A stretch of DNA of 63,960 nt, counting the filler, from an uncultured bacterium (GTDB taxonomy: Bacteria; Latescibacterota; UBA2968), in assembly GCA_964471275.1 (NCBI GenBank). It is 5 parts of 5 records of this genome, joined end to end, with 100 filler letters (N's around TTAATTAATTAA, not from the genome) between each part and the next. Parts side by side here need not be neighbours in the genome. Positions count along the whole stretch, not along the records: positions 29,387 to 43,767 come from CAYYGZ010000114.1; 4 more parts are not named here. One strand, written 5' to 3'. The number at the start of each line of letters is the position of its first letter. Within the stretch, counting starts at the first letter, position 1. The notes beneath the pieces are model-generated. The model was not told the origin of the DNA and searched no databases. It saw only the letters and a program-made list of their open reading frames with translations. This document shows, one piece after another, positions 32,009 to 42,671 of the stretch. The translations under genes and the position numbers were made by a program.

Positions 32009-32316
32009 GGTTGTTCGGCGGTGTCGATCGCTATCCGTGACAAAGGCATACTAGTATAATGTGTCCAATCTGCGTGCCCGGAAACGGAAAACCACATATG
32101 TCCCAGGATCTGAAACCGCCTAAAGACACAGCACCTGCCTCACTTTCTGGAGGAAGAGGTTGCCTAAATGTAAGAATAGTAGTAAGTTAGACTTGATGAA
32201 GTAGCTTGCCGCAACAACTTTCCGAAGATTCCCGCGTCAATATCTCGCAGTTTTGGTCCTTCAGGTTATCAAAACGAGAAAGTCGCTGTCGTCTCGGGTA
32301 ACCAAGTAAGGAACAC

Positions 32317-33660
32317 ATGCAGAAATTCGATTCACTCCCGCTACATCCGTCTGTTCTCAAAGCGCTTGCCGATGAGGGCTACGATGCACCGACGCCCATT
32401 CAGGCCAAGGCCATCCCCGAGGCTCTGTCTGGCCAGGATGTGCTGGGTACCGCTCAAACCGGAACGGGCAAAACGGCAGCCTTTGCGTTGCCGATCCTAC
32501 ACCTGCTGAATGAAGACCGTCCACGAAGCGACCGAGGGGCACGCTGCCTTGTGCTGACGCCGACGCGCGAACTCGCGCTACAGGTAGAGCGAAGCTTCAG
32601 AACGTACGGACGGCAGTTGAAGGCACGGACGGCCGTTCTGGTTGGCGGTGTGCCGATCAAACCCCAGATCACACAGCTTAAGAAGCGACCTGACATCCTC
32701 GTTGCCACGCCCGGTCGGTTACTTGACCTGATGGAGCAGAGGCAGGTCAGACTCGATCGTGTTGACAAGTTTGTTCTCGACGAAGCCGATCGCATGCTGG
32801 ACATGGGTTTTATCGGCGACGTGCGCAAGATCGCCGCCCATGTGCCTCACGATCGGCAGACGCTGTTCTTCTCGGCGACGATGCCCCGTGAGGTCGAGAA
32901 GCTTGCGAACACGCTTTTGACAGATCCCGTCAGGATCGAGGTCGCGCCTGAATCCACCGTGGCCGACAACATCACGCAATCGGTACTGTTCGTCGAAAAG
33001 TCGAACAAACGTGCGCTGCTAACCCAGATGCTGAAGGAGACGGACGTCGTCCGGGCGCTGGTTTTCACGCGCACGAAGCATCGGGCAAATCGCATCTCGA
33101 AGCAGCTGTCGGAGCGAGGAATCTCGGCTGACGCGATCCACGGGAACAAGACCCAAAAAGCCCGACAGCAGGCGCTCGCGCGGTTTGACGGAGGACGCGT
33201 CAAGGTCCTCGTGGCAACGGATATCGTCGCTCGCGGGATCGACGTTGATGGGATTTCCCACGTTATCAATTACGAGCTGCCGAATGATCCCGAAAGCTAT
33301 GTGCATCGGATCGGCCGGACTGCGCGAGCGGGAGCGGCCGGTCAGGCTCTCTCGTTGTGCGATATCGATGAGATCGATTATCTCGCCGATATCGAGAAGC
33401 TGACCAAGCTGACGCTGACTCCGATCGGTGATCACCCGTATCACTGCGACAAGACTGCTGACCGCTACGGTCGGAAGGTAGCCTCGAAGGGCCGGCAGAA
33501 CGGCAGTAGCAGAAACGGAAACAGCAGGCATAACGGGAACGGTCGAGCGAGCGCAAATGGTGTTCGGGAAGAGACGAAGAAACCAAGCAGCGGACGGAAG
33601 TGGGGACGGAACAAGAGCCGTGGGAACCAGAAGGCGGGGAGCGTCAGAGGTAGACGCTAG
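32317..33660 (+). CDS. DEAD-box RNA helicase (RhlE-like)
   Basis: Q motif, AQTGTGKT, PTRELA, DEAD, SAT, HRIGRTAR; basic tail. Confidence 0.95.
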   Translation: MQKFDSLPLHPSVLKALADEGYDAPTPIQAKAIPEALSGQDVLGTAQTGTGKTAAFALPILHLLNEDRPRSDRGARCLVLTPTRELALQVERSFRTYGRQLKARTAVLVGGVPIKPQITQLKKRPDILVATPGRLLDLMEQRQVRLDRVDKFVLDEADRMLDMGFIGDVRKIAAHVPHDRQTLFFSATMPREVEKLANTLLTDPVRIEVAPESTVADNITQSVLFVEKSNKRALLTQMLKETDVVRALVFTRTKHRANRISKQLSERGISADAIHGNKTQKARQQALARFDGGRVKVLVATDIVARGIDVDGISHVINYELPNDPESYVHRIGRTARAGAAGQALSLCDIDEIDYLADIEKLTKLTLTPIGDHPYHCDKTADRYGRKVASKGRQNGSSRNGNSRHNGNGRASANGVREETKKPSSGRKWGRNKSRGNQKAGSVRGRR

Positions 33661-33685
33661 TGCTCGCGCGCAGATAGTAACAAGT

Positions 33686-33724
33686 GGGGCCCTGTTGCCG
33701 GATCGGTGACAGGGTCCTTTCTTC
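33686..33724 (+). terminator. Intrinsic terminator
   Basis: GGGCCCTGTTGCCG-GAT-CGGTGACAGGGTCC followed by TTTCTTC. Confidence 0.75.
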
Positions 33725-34012
33725 GTCTGGAATCAATCCGGTTAGCGGTCAGTCACAAGAATGACAAAGAGCCAGTGCATCGCCCCGTAAATAAATGTAA
33801 TAATTGGAAATTCTGTCATATGGTTCCTCAAACACTTTTTTTAAGGAGGAAACATTGGCTCGTCGAGGTCGACCAACAAAGCAACTTGTCATCAATCCAG
33901 ATACGCGCGTAGAGCTTGAATCCCTTGCAGGTTCTCGATCTCATCAACGATGAAACCGCAGTTGAGGCATTCTCCCATGTCTCACGTCTCGAAGCGGAAG
34001 GAGCCGACACTC

Positions 34013-35650
34013 CTACGGCAATGAAAGGTCGAGCTCCTGGCTGGTAAGGAATTCGAGAAGAGCTGGTTTACCGTTGTGGACCTGCTCTATGCCGCGTTTG
34101 ATGGCGGGGATAATCTGATCCGGTGTCTCGACACGCTCACCGTAGCCACCGAAGGCCTTGGCCATCATCGCGTAATTGCCAGATATGTCGGTGCTGCGAT
34201 ACTTCTCGGTCGATACGGGCATGATGGGAAGCTCGATGGCCATGGAGAAGTTGTTGAACAGGATCGACAGAATCGGGATGTTCTCGCGAACAGCGGTTTC
34301 GAAGTCCATTCCGGTGAAGCCGATGGCGGCGTCACCCCAGACGTTGATGCAGAGCTTGTCGGGACAGGCGAGCTTGGCACCCATCGCGATACCCAGACCA
34401 TAGCCCAGTTGAGTCGTCTTGCCCCATCCGATGTAGGAGAGTGGCGTGGTCGATTCCCAGAAGGGGGAGAGCTGATCGCGGGGACTGCCCGCATCGTGTG
34501 TGATGATCGTGTTCGCCACGTCGACCGTATGCATGAGGTCCCAGATCACGCGGTATGGTGAGAAGGGCGTCGAGTTGTCCGTCAGCTTGGGCAGCCATTT
34601 GTCTAGCCAGGGCTTCTTGATACTTTGAATCTTTGCGGCCACGGTGGCGGACCGTCCTCTTGGCTTCCCGCCCATACGATCGGAGACCGCTTCCGTGAGT
34701 GCCTTGAGCGTCAGGTCTGCGTCACCAACGAGTGCGAGGTCGACTGCCACGTCCTTGTTGATGTCAGCGGCATCGAGCGTCGCGTGGATGTACGATTTAT
34801 CTACTGGCATCGGGATGCCAAAGGAGGAGCGTGTGAAACTACAGCCGATCCCGAATATGATGTCTGAGTCATCGAGGAAGGTGCGAACGGCCTGTGGCAT
34901 AGTGCGTCCGCCCGAACCGAGCGAGAGCGGGTGGTTCTCCGGGAACGAGCTCTTTCCACCCAGACTCGTCGTGACGGGTGCCTCCAGGAGTTCTGCGAAT
35001 TCCTTCAGGGAGTCCCAGGCCTCAGCATAGTGGATTCCCTGACCTGCGTAGATGACCGGGTTCTCGGCGGAGATCAAGGCGTCCGCGGCAGCTTCGATCG
35101 ACTCCGGTGACGGACCCGATTTGATGGCCGGCGTTGGTTTGTATGCGATTGGCTCCGGGACGTCACCCTCGCGCAGGAGGTCTGCCGGTATCTCGACAAG
35201 CGCGGGACCCGGTCGACCGTTCCTGAGTTGCGTGAATGCCCGGCGCATGATCTCGGGAACGGCTTCAGCAACGTTGACGGCTTCGCAGAGTTTGGTGACG
35301 TGCTGGAAGTTCAGGTAAGCCTGGAAGTTCGGCTTTACGTGCGAGAGGTTTCGCGGATACCCCATGGGCAAGACCAGGATGGGATGCGAATCCCCAAAGG
35401 CCTGAGCGACGCCACCGAAGGCGTTCTCTGTTCCCGGTCCGCTTTGCATGGCGAAGACACCGATCCGCTTGCCGGAAGAGAGCCGGCTCATCGCGTCGGC
35501 CATGTGGAGACCGATGCGTTCCTGTCTCACGACAATCGGGCGTATGTCCAGTTTGGCCGCTGACTCGATCAGAGAGTTGACCGGGTAAGCGAACAGGATC
35601 TCCGTGCCCTCCTGTTTGAGGATATGCGCAATGGCGTCGCCGACTTTCAT
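34013..35650 (-). CDS. Thiamine diphosphate-dependent enzyme (acetolactate synthase-like)
   Basis: RQER, SGPG, WGDAA...LFNN ThDP-binding motif. Confidence 0.9.
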   Translation of the reverse strand: MKVGDAIAHILKQEGTEILFAYPVNSLIESAAKLDIRPIVVRQERIGLHMADAMSRLSSGKRIGVFAMQSGPGTENAFGGVAQAFGDSHPILVLPMGYPRNLSHVKPNFQAYLNFQHVTKLCEAVNVAEAVPEIMRRAFTQLRNGRPGPALVEIPADLLREGDVPEPIAYKPTPAIKSGPSPESIEAAADALISAENPVIYAGQGIHYAEAWDSLKEFAELLEAPVTTSLGGKSSFPENHPLSLGSGGRTMPQAVRTFLDDSDIIFGIGCSFTRSSFGIPMPVDKSYIHATLDAADINKDVAVDLALVGDADLTLKALTEAVSDRMGGKPRGRSATVAAKIQSIKKPWLDKWLPKLTDNSTPFSPYRVIWDLMHTVDVANTIITHDAGSPRDQLSPFWESTTPLSYIGWGKTTQLGYGLGIAMGAKLACPDKLCINVWGDAAIGFTGMDFETAVRENIPILSILFNNFSMAIELPIMPVSTEKYRSTDISGNYAMMAKAFGGYGERVETPDQIIPAIKRGIEQVHNGKPALLEFLTSQELDLSLP

Positions 35651-35694
35651 GGTTGTCTCCTAGGGATAGGCCTTTCCGGATGGGACTCAGGACT

Positions 35695-35814
35695 ACCACG
35701 AAAAACACGAAAGACACGAAAAGGAAGGGGAAAACAGCGGGCTACCGTGGATCGATACCGCGAGGAGCTTCAGAGTGGGGAGGGCTGACCTCGGAAGACA
35801 CGGAGAACACGGAG
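35695..35814 (+). repeat. Period-9 short repeats (CACGAAANA/CACGGAGAA)
   Basis: ACCACGAAAAACACGAAAGACACGAAA at 35695-35721 and ACCTCGGAAGACACGGAGAACACGGAG at 35788-35814. Confidence 0.7.
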
Positions 35815-35906
35815 GGATGGGTCAGCAGGTGTTCAGAGGGGGTGTGTCAGGCCGATCACTCCTGAAACAAGCCCGTATCGGATGCTGTCGTCGGGTAATC
35901 CCGTGG

Positions 35907-36533
35907 TCATTGACCAACAGCCGTTCGGGCACCGAGCCCGAAAAGGACTCCGCCTGAAAACCACCGGAAGACGCGCTCGAGACGCGGGGAATCGTAGAGG
36001 ACGGGGGCGGCCCGGCGTGCGACCGTCGCGAGACAGGTCAAGACGGTGCTCGCGATGAGTGCGTGGACGGATCCGAGGATCAGCGTCTGTAAGTAGATGT
36101 GCCCGAACTCCGGTGAGATGAACTGCGGGAGGAGGGCGACCATCAGGAGGGCCACCTTGGGGTTGAGCAGGTTCATCACAATGCCCTGCCGATATACCGT
36201 TCCCGTGGCTGTTCCCCTGTCCCCAGTGATGTCGCGGCAAAACGGGGAAGGAGACCGGATGGTTCGGATGGCCAAGTAGATCAGATAGAGCGCCCCGAGC
36301 CATCGGATTGTCGCGTAGACGCTTGCTGAATAGGCGAGCAACGCCGACAGACCCAGCGTGGCGAGTACGGTGTGCGCAAGGATTCCCGTGGCATTCCCCG
36401 CGACGGCTGCTCGACCGGCCGCCGGGCTCTGGCCGACGGTATTCGATATCACGTACATCCAACTCGCGCCAGGGGACAAGGCCACCGCCAGGCTCGCCCC
36501 TGCGAACCCGGTAAGGGATACGGGATCAATCAC
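35907..36533 (-). CDS. LysE/RhtB family exporter
   Basis: LSPG, GALYLIYLA, NLLNPKV. Confidence 0.9.
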   Translation of the reverse strand: MIDPVSLTGFAGASLAVALSPGASWMYVISNTVGQSPAAGRAAVAGNATGILAHTVLATLGLSALLAYSASVYATIRWLGALYLIYLAIRTIRSPSPFCRDITGDRGTATGTVYRQGIVMNLLNPKVALLMVALLPQFISPEFGHIYLQTLILGSVHALIASTVLTCLATVARRAAPVLYDSPRLERVFRWFSGGVLFGLGARTAVGQ

Positions 36534-36552
36534 TGTGGGTGTGCCAAGGTGT

Positions 36553-37101
36553 CTAGCCGAAGGACCTTTCAAACAGATCGTTGATCGCTGCCCGGCCGCT
36601 ATCTTCGAGATTGCGCGTTCCCGTGCCTGTGAAATGCTCGTGTGCGATCACGGGTGCGTCAGCTTTCTCCCACGTTTGGTTGCCCCAGCCAAACCAGGCA
36701 TCCTGGGTCTGATCAAACACGTGGAGCGGTTTGTTGCACAGTTTCGCAAATTCGGCTCCCCAACCCGTGCCACCCTTTACTGTGCTGTCCGCCTGAATCT
36801 CGCCAATGACGTAGATTTCCTGGCCATTGTTGATCTGATACCAGATGCTCTGCAGGATGCTGCGGAAGGTCGGGCTGGTGGTGTAGCGACGATTCATCAG
36901 TTTCGAGATGTACTCGAGGCTGACGTCGCCATTCCGGAGTTCCTCGTGATTGAGGACCCGTCGTCCACGATCCCGCTCGATCAGATGCCCTTCGAACGTG
37001 AAATTGACTTCTTCGACACCGAATTTCTCGGCAGTCGCGCCAAAGGCAGCTTCAGATCCTTTGGCTCCTCCGCTGAACAGTATGCACTCTGATTTGTCCA
37101 C
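36553..37101 (-). CDS. Conserved hypothetical protein, possibly SLOG fold
   Basis: SGGAKGSE, GGTGW, TGTGTR motifs; GGAG RBS. Confidence 0.7.
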   Translation of the reverse strand: MDKSECILFSGGAKGSEAAFGATAEKFGVEEVNFTFEGHLIERDRGRRVLNHEELRNGDVSLEYISKLMNRRYTTSPTFRSILQSIWYQINNGQEIYVIGEIQADSTVKGGTGWGAEFAKLCNKPLHVFDQTQDAWFGWGNQTWEKADAPVIAHEHFTGTGTRNLEDSGRAAINDLFERSFG

Positions 37102-37191
37102 CTGATCTCCTCTTCAGTTGTTGGTACTGCTCGAGTTTCTGCCACGAAAAGTATAAAATTCGATAGAGGGAGGCCTGGGGCGCCGGGACTC

Positions 37192-38790
37192 CTAGTGACC
37201 GCGATTGCCCGTTGCGCGAATGGTTCGCCTCTTCTTCCGTTCTGCCAGAATGTTGTCCCACGGCTCAACGTCACAGCGTTCCTGCCAAGCATCGTGACGG
37301 GCAGCCATTGCAGCGACTCGATCGGGTTCCTGTCCCGCCAGATCGATCAGCTCGGATCGATCCGCGTCGAGGTCGTAGAGTTCCCAGTCTCCGGGATACT
37401 TGCAGACCAGTTTCCACTTCCCCTGGCGGATCGCCCGGTTTCCCTCGTGCTCCCAGATCAACGCTTCCTTCCCGTTGGGCTTGTCGTCAAAGATCGGTTG
37501 GAGACTCGTTCCTTCCAAGGGAAGGATGTCGTTCTGCGCGTAGGTCTCCGGGTACTCGGTCCCAGTGACATCGAGGAACGTTGCTATGACGTCGGTCAAC
37601 TGTCCGGGCTGGTGTCTCAACGCGCCGTGATCGGTTATACGCGCTGGCCAGTGTGCGATCAGGGGTGTCGAGATCCCTCCCTCGTGAACCCAGTGTTTAT
37701 ACTCCCGAAAAGGTGTGTTCGAGAGGTTTGCCCACGGGATTCCGTAGCTCTGGTAGGTCTCTTCCTTACCTGGCATGATCGTCGGGTCGTTTCCGCGTTG
37801 GACAGGTCGGCCATCTCGTGTGGTCGGCGGGGCAATCTGCGGATTATTCATGCGAGGCCCCAACTCTTCGGCGCATCCCCCGTTGTCTGCCAGGAAGACG
37901 ATAAGCGTGTCTTCCATCTGGCCTGTCTCTTCTAGTGCGTCGAGGATTCGTCCGATCCCCTGATCCATTCGATCGATCTGGGCGGCATACACTTCCATCC
38001 GACGTTCCTGCCAGGCCTTGTCCTCGGCTTCCTCCCACGCTACCTGTGAGGCGTCACGGTCGCTCAATCCCCAGCGGCTGTCGAGGATGCCGGTCGCGTG
38101 CAGCCGCTCGAGGCGTTCTTCGCGCAGCTTGTCCCACCCCGCAGAGAATCGACCCTTGTAGCGGTCGATGTCCTCGTCGTGCGCGTGCAGCGGCCAATGC
38201 GGTGCCGTGTAGGCCGTGTAGAGGAAGAACGGTCGATCGGATTTCTCGTCCGCGTGGGTGTGGATAAATTCGGCGGCCTGGTCACTGATTGCATCCGTGA
38301 GGAAGAACTCCTCGGGAAGATCATCGAGTGATACGGGCTCGTTGTTTCTCGTGAGCGTCTGTGGCTTCCAGTAGTTTGCGGCGCCCGTGATGATCCCGAA
38401 GAACTCGTCAAATCCGCGCTGGCACGGCCAACTGTGGGTGTCGCCTTCCGGATCCGTGTGTCGCGTAACGTGCCACTTGCCGCTCATGTAGGTCGCGTAT
38501 CCGTTTGTCCTCAATGCCTCGGCAATCGTGACGCTCCGGTGGTTCAGGTCGCCACGGTATCCCTCGTATTTTGAGTTGTCCATCATGTGACCCACACTGG
38601 CCTGGTGCGGGTGAAGGCCGGTCAAGATCGAGGCACGTGTGGGACAGCAGCGGGCGGTGTTGTAGAACTGGGTGAAGCGAATGCCCCCATCGGCGAGCCG
38701 GTCGAGGTTGGGCGTCTGGACTTCTCCACCGTAGCAGCCGATGTCCGAGTAACCCATGTCGTCGTTGAGGATGAGGAGGATATTGGGCAT
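37192..38790 (-). CDS. Arylsulfatase
   Basis: PNILLIL.DDMGYSD, CCPTRAS, GKWH. Confidence 0.94.
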   Translation of the reverse strand: MPNILLILNDDMGYSDIGCYGGEVQTPNLDRLADGGIRFTQFYNTARCCPTRASILTGLHPHQASVGHMMDNSKYEGYRGDLNHRSVTIAEALRTNGYATYMSGKWHVTRHTDPEGDTHSWPCQRGFDEFFGIITGAANYWKPQTLTRNNEPVSLDDLPEEFFLTDAISDQAAEFIHTHADEKSDRPFFLYTAYTAPHWPLHAHDEDIDRYKGRFSAGWDKLREERLERLHATGILDSRWGLSDRDASQVAWEEAEDKAWQERRMEVYAAQIDRMDQGIGRILDALEETGQMEDTLIVFLADNGGCAEELGPRMNNPQIAPPTTRDGRPVQRGNDPTIMPGKEETYQSYGIPWANLSNTPFREYKHWVHEGGISTPLIAHWPARITDHGALRHQPGQLTDVIATFLDVTGTEYPETYAQNDILPLEGTSLQPIFDDKPNGKEALIWEHEGNRAIRQGKWKLVCKYPGDWELYDLDADRSELIDLAGQEPDRVAAMAARHDAWQERCDVEPWDNILAERKKRRTIRATGNRGH

Positions 38791-39009
38791 TTGGGATCGA
38801 GGATTTGTGATTGAAGAGTGAGGATTGAACGGCGAACCTTCTAAGACACTAAGTTACTAAATGAGCGGTCAGGAGGGAGAAATTATGGCAGGTAGGGTCG
38901 ACGCCAGCCTATGCCAGCCACCCTTGCCAGAGTAACGGGAGTTGGGCGCCCCCCGAGACGGGAATCCAGATGTAGTGAGGCGAGAATCCTGAGAGTTGGA
39001 GAGCAAGGG

Positions 39010-39513
39010 TCAGTCTGAGGGAGACCATTCAGTAGAAGGGAAGAAAGGAGGGGTGCTGGGGTCGAAGAGATGAGGGAGGAGTGTAGCCGTCCAGGAGGCT
39101 ACGTCGAGGGTAGACAGTTCAGACTGTGCGTAGTAGGCCAGGGCCAGGGCCTCGCCATCCCGAGGATGGAGGTGGCCGCCAATAGCCTCAAAAGCGAAGG
39201 CGGACATCACGTATGAGACCCGGTCGCCATTGGGATACTCGACGTAGGCTTCCGGACCCCCGTAAACGGCCCGGACCTCGGTAAGCTTCACGTGCAGGCC
39301 TGTCTCTTCCCACATTTCGCGCACTGCCGCTGTCGTTGGCTGCTCATTGGGCTCGACGGCACCGCCAGGAAGGCCCCATTGGTCGGTGTCACCGAATTTC
39401 ATCAGGAGGACACGGTTCTGCTCATCGATGTGACAGATGGATACGGATGGGAGTACGATGAGGTCGTGACCGATCTTTTTTCGGAGCGACTTCAGAAAGG
39501 GGGATATCGGCAT
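39010..39513 (-). CDS. NUDIX hydrolase
   Basis: GGAVEPNE...AAVREMWEETGL Nudix box; YPNGD. Confidence 0.9.
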   Translation of the reverse strand: MPISPFLKSLRKKIGHDLIVLPSVSICHIDEQNRVLLMKFGDTDQWGLPGGAVEPNEQPTTAAVREMWEETGLHVKLTEVRAVYGGPEAYVEYPNGDRVSYVMSAFAFEAIGGHLHPRDGEALALAYYAQSELSTLDVASWTATLLPHLFDPSTPPFFPSTEWSPSD

Positions 39514-39533
39514 TGGGTGACCCGTGTCGTGTG

Positions 39534-40373
39534 TCAGTTTCGGGGCGAAGCCAGACGCCACGCCCCTAGAAATTCGGCCTCCGTTTGATATCGGTCAGAA
39601 GGGTCGGGCTGACAAGCGTGTACGATAACTCCGTGCTGGGTGTCCGATCCTCGGAAGGGCGCACGATCCAGGCTGTTGTCTGACAGGAGAACAGCGCCAA
39701 TTCTGCCCAGGAGGAAGGAAGCCGTTCGGTGATCGATCACGGCTCCCTTTTCGAATTCCTCCGGTGCCATGAACCGGCTCGATCCGAACATCCGTCCCAT
39801 GGTGTTGATGAACGGTCCGGGATGACTGTGGTCGAGGTCGACAACGTGGATGTCTGCCGTGTCGAAGTCGTAGATCAGGCACCCGTCGTAGAAGTCCTCC
39901 ACGATCCAGTCGGCCTGTGACAGGAGTTCGAGGACGTCATACACCGTGTTGATCGCGTCGAGCAACTCTGTGAGAGGGAGGCTACGAAACCGGTCGTGGG
40001 CCTTACCTGGCTGTCTGGCACGAAGCAGTTCGCCACTGGCCCATTCATACACGAGCATCGGACCTGTAGGTGAATCGATCACGTTGTGTAGAATCGGTAT
40101 GGCAGGGCGAGTGATACTGCCCGCGACGGTGATGGCGTTTCGTAACAGGTCGACACGGTCCTCGTGTGTCGGGGATGCCGGGCCGGCGAGTGGTGCTCCC
40201 GGGATGCCCGTGGTCTTTACGAAGAACGGAGCGCCGTCTACCCGGATGCCGTAGGAGATGTTGCCTGAGTCCTGCGAGTTGGTCCCAAACTCTGCAAAGA
40301 CGTCGCCGATGCAACGGACGTAGTCACCTGGTAGCTCGTGGATGCGATCGGTGTCGAGGAGTGGGTGCGGCAT
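39534..40373 (-). CDS. Protein kinase-like protein
   Basis: FFVK, DFYDG, VVDLD, GSSRFMAPEE, P.DRY. Confidence 0.75.
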   Translation of the reverse strand: MPHPLLDTDRIHELPGDYVRCIGDVFAEFGTNSQDSGNISYGIRVDGAPFFVKTTGIPGAPLAGPASPTHEDRVDLLRNAITVAGSITRPAIPILHNVIDSPTGPMLVYEWASGELLRARQPGKAHDRFRSLPLTELLDAINTVYDVLELLSQADWIVEDFYDGCLIYDFDTADIHVVDLDHSHPGPFINTMGRMFGSSRFMAPEEFEKGAVIDHRTASFLLGRIGAVLLSDNSLDRAPFRGSDTQHGVIVHACQPDPSDRYQTEAEFLGAWRLASPRN

Positions 40374-40497
40374 CGTAACCTCCAGTGGTCTGTGGGATCT
40401 ATGACCTGTGACCACCGGGGAGGGTTTCACACCGACTACCTCTGCGATCAGGCTACGGGATAGGTGAGGCCTGGCCCAACCGGCGTGCCGACGCGTC

Positions 40498-41715
40498 TCA
40501 GTCGATTATGGATTGGTATGCCAGGACCCTCAGTTCGCGTCGGATGGCATAAGCGGCCGACGGGATGAGTTGTGTCATGAAGATGCCGATCAACTCTTCT
40601 GCAGGGTCGATCCAGAAACCGGTGCTCGCCATGCCGCCCCAGGCATATTCGCCCGCTGAACCCAGAACCTGAGATTGCACGGGATCGAGCATTATGGAGA
40701 AGCCAAGACCGAAGCCGACACCGTCAAACCGGGTCTCGCTGAAGACGGCCTGCCCCAAGCTGGTCAGATCGCCTCCGTTCGGCAAGTGGTTCGCGGTCAT
40801 GCATTCGACGGTCTTGCGGCCGAGTAGACGCTTGCCATCGAGCTCACCCCGATTGAGCATCATCTGACAGAACCGGTAGTAGTCTGCTGTCGTGGAAACG
40901 AGCCCGCCACCACCCGAGAGAAACGGCCGCTTGTGTCTGTATGAGCTTGTATCGGGTGCGTCGGTAAGATCGAAGCTGTCTCGGTTCCGGGTGTAGCATG
41001 CCGCGAAGCGAGGCAGCTCGTTGTCATCGACAGAGAATGCGGTTTCGTTCATCCCCAGCGGATAGAGGATGTGCTCCTTGAAGAAGGCGTCGAGCGGCTC
41101 CCCGGAGAGCACTTCGACGAGCCGTCCGATCACGTCGGTCGCGACACTATAGTTCCACCTGTCACCCGGTGAGAAGAGAAGAGGAACCTCACCCAGCCTG
41201 TTGACGAACTCCTCAATGTCGTAGTCGGCACCCAGCGTCTCGATTCCACGTGCGGCGTAGATGGCGTCGACGGGGTGCGCATCCATAAATCCGTAGGTGA
41301 GACCAGAGGTATGGGTGAGAAGATGACGAATCGTAATCTCGCGTTCTGCAGGCGTCACCGTGTAATTGTCGGTATCCCCGTTCGCGTAGACCTTCATGTC
41401 ACCAAGCGCCGGGAGGTAGTCGGAAATGGGATCGTCCAGCTGGAACAGACCCCGCTCATAGAGCATCATCAAGGCGACGGATGTGATCGGTTTTGTCATC
41501 GAGTAGATGCGGAAGAGGGTGTCCTCTGCAAGCGGCTTGCCGGTTTCGACATCACTCTGCCCATAGCGGGTGAAGAAGGCCGGTTCTCCGCGGCGAGCGA
41601 TCATCACCGAGTAGCCAGGCAGGCGGCCCTCGTCGACGTAGCGGTTGAAATGAGTGGTGATGCGGGAGAGACGGGAGGCCGAAAGGCCGACGGATTCAGG
41701 GGTTGTGAGGTCCAT
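40498..41715 (-). CDS. Serine hydrolase (class C beta-lactamase-like esterase)
   Basis: SMTK, LLTHTSG, W.YS, WGG. Confidence 0.9.
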   Translation of the reverse strand: MDLTTPESVGLSASRLSRITTHFNRYVDEGRLPGYSVMIARRGEPAFFTRYGQSDVETGKPLAEDTLFRIYSMTKPITSVALMMLYERGLFQLDDPISDYLPALGDMKVYANGDTDNYTVTPAEREITIRHLLTHTSGLTYGFMDAHPVDAIYAARGIETLGADYDIEEFVNRLGEVPLLFSPGDRWNYSVATDVIGRLVEVLSGEPLDAFFKEHILYPLGMNETAFSVDDNELPRFAACYTRNRDSFDLTDAPDTSSYRHKRPFLSGGGGLVSTTADYYRFCQMMLNRGELDGKRLLGRKTVECMTANHLPNGGDLTSLGQAVFSETRFDGVGFGLGFSIMLDPVQSQVLGSAGEYAWGGMASTGFWIDPAEELIGIFMTQLIPSAAYAIRRELRVLAYQSIID

Positions 41716-41834
41716 TTTGGGGTCCAGAGTTCAGTGACGCGTGATGTGTGAGAAATGACGAACAGGACGGCCCTGTGTATGGACCAGACCTCGGAATCGC
41801 TTCTGCGGTCGAGTTGTCGTGTCCACTCGGTGGA

Positions 41835-42671
41835 TCAGATCACCAGCGCGAGGGACAGGATTGCGATGCCTACGCCAGCAATGGCCGGGCGATTCAGACA
41901 CTCGCGCCAGAAGAAGTGGGCGAAGAGGTTGTCGAGCAGGACGACGCTGCACCCTAGAGCGGGGAAGAAGAGCGTTCCAGGGAGCTTGCTGAGAGCGATC
42001 ATAATGACGCACAGGGCGACGGCGTTGTAGACGCCGATGAAGATGCCCAGTCTGAGCGCCGGTATCTGCGGGCGCTTCTTCTTTAGAGTAATGAAGCACA
42101 CACCCAACGCGCCTGCAGTTCCGCCGGTGATCATCAGTATCTGGAGGAACGCGTCATCCAGGCCGTTATAGTGAACGGATCGAAGACTCGTGTGACTCAG
42201 TCCCTGCCAGATACAGATCAGTGTGAGCAGGCCGAAGGCTCGCAGACCGGTGAACTGTGGGTGCTGTTTGGACCGTGGTGTCATCATCACAAGGGCGAGA
42301 ACGGCAAGCAGCAGACCGATGACCTGAGACGGATTCAGGGCTTCGCCCCAGAGATAGACACCGAAGAAGACCGGAACGATGATCGCGATTCGGAATGCGC
42401 TCAGGACGGATCCGACGGGTGCGATGGTCAGCGCGTGGTTCATGATGAGAAGCGAGCTGATAAACAGACCACCTGTGATCAGGCCGGTTTGGATCGCACC
42501 GTCGGAAAAGGTCCATTGATCCGTTGTTATCAGGTAGATGCCGATACAGGTCGCGACAGTGAGGTAGTTGGCGGTTACGACCACGGGTGCATAGCAGCCG
42601 CGTCGTTCGCCGAGCTTGAAGAGCTGGACGAAGCCGAAGTCGAGGACGATGGAGAAGAAGAGCCAGTGCAA
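41835..42671 (-). CDS. DMT/EamA family transporter
   Basis: About 10 hydrophobic segments in two repeats. Confidence 0.75.
   Translation of the reverse strand: MHWLFFSIVLDFGFVQLFKLGERRGCYAPVVVTANYLTVATCIGIYLITTDQWTFSDGAIQTGLITGGLFISSLLIMNHALTIAPVGSVLSAFRIAIIVPVFFGVYLWGEALNPSQVIGLLLAVLALVMMTPRSKQHPQFTGLRAFGLLTLICIWQGLSHTSLRSVHYNGLDDAFLQILMITGGTAGALGVCFITLKKKRPQIPALRLGIFIGVYNAVALCVIMIALSKLPGTLFFPALGCSVVLLDNLFAHFFWRECLNRPAIAGVGIAILSLALVI

Noticed and set aside
35695..35814. CRISPR array
   Set aside because: Repeats are 9-mers without unique spacers; no cas genes in the window
40498..41715. Beta-lactamase resistance gene
   Set aside because: No signal peptide; matches the common cytoplasmic esterase-like family
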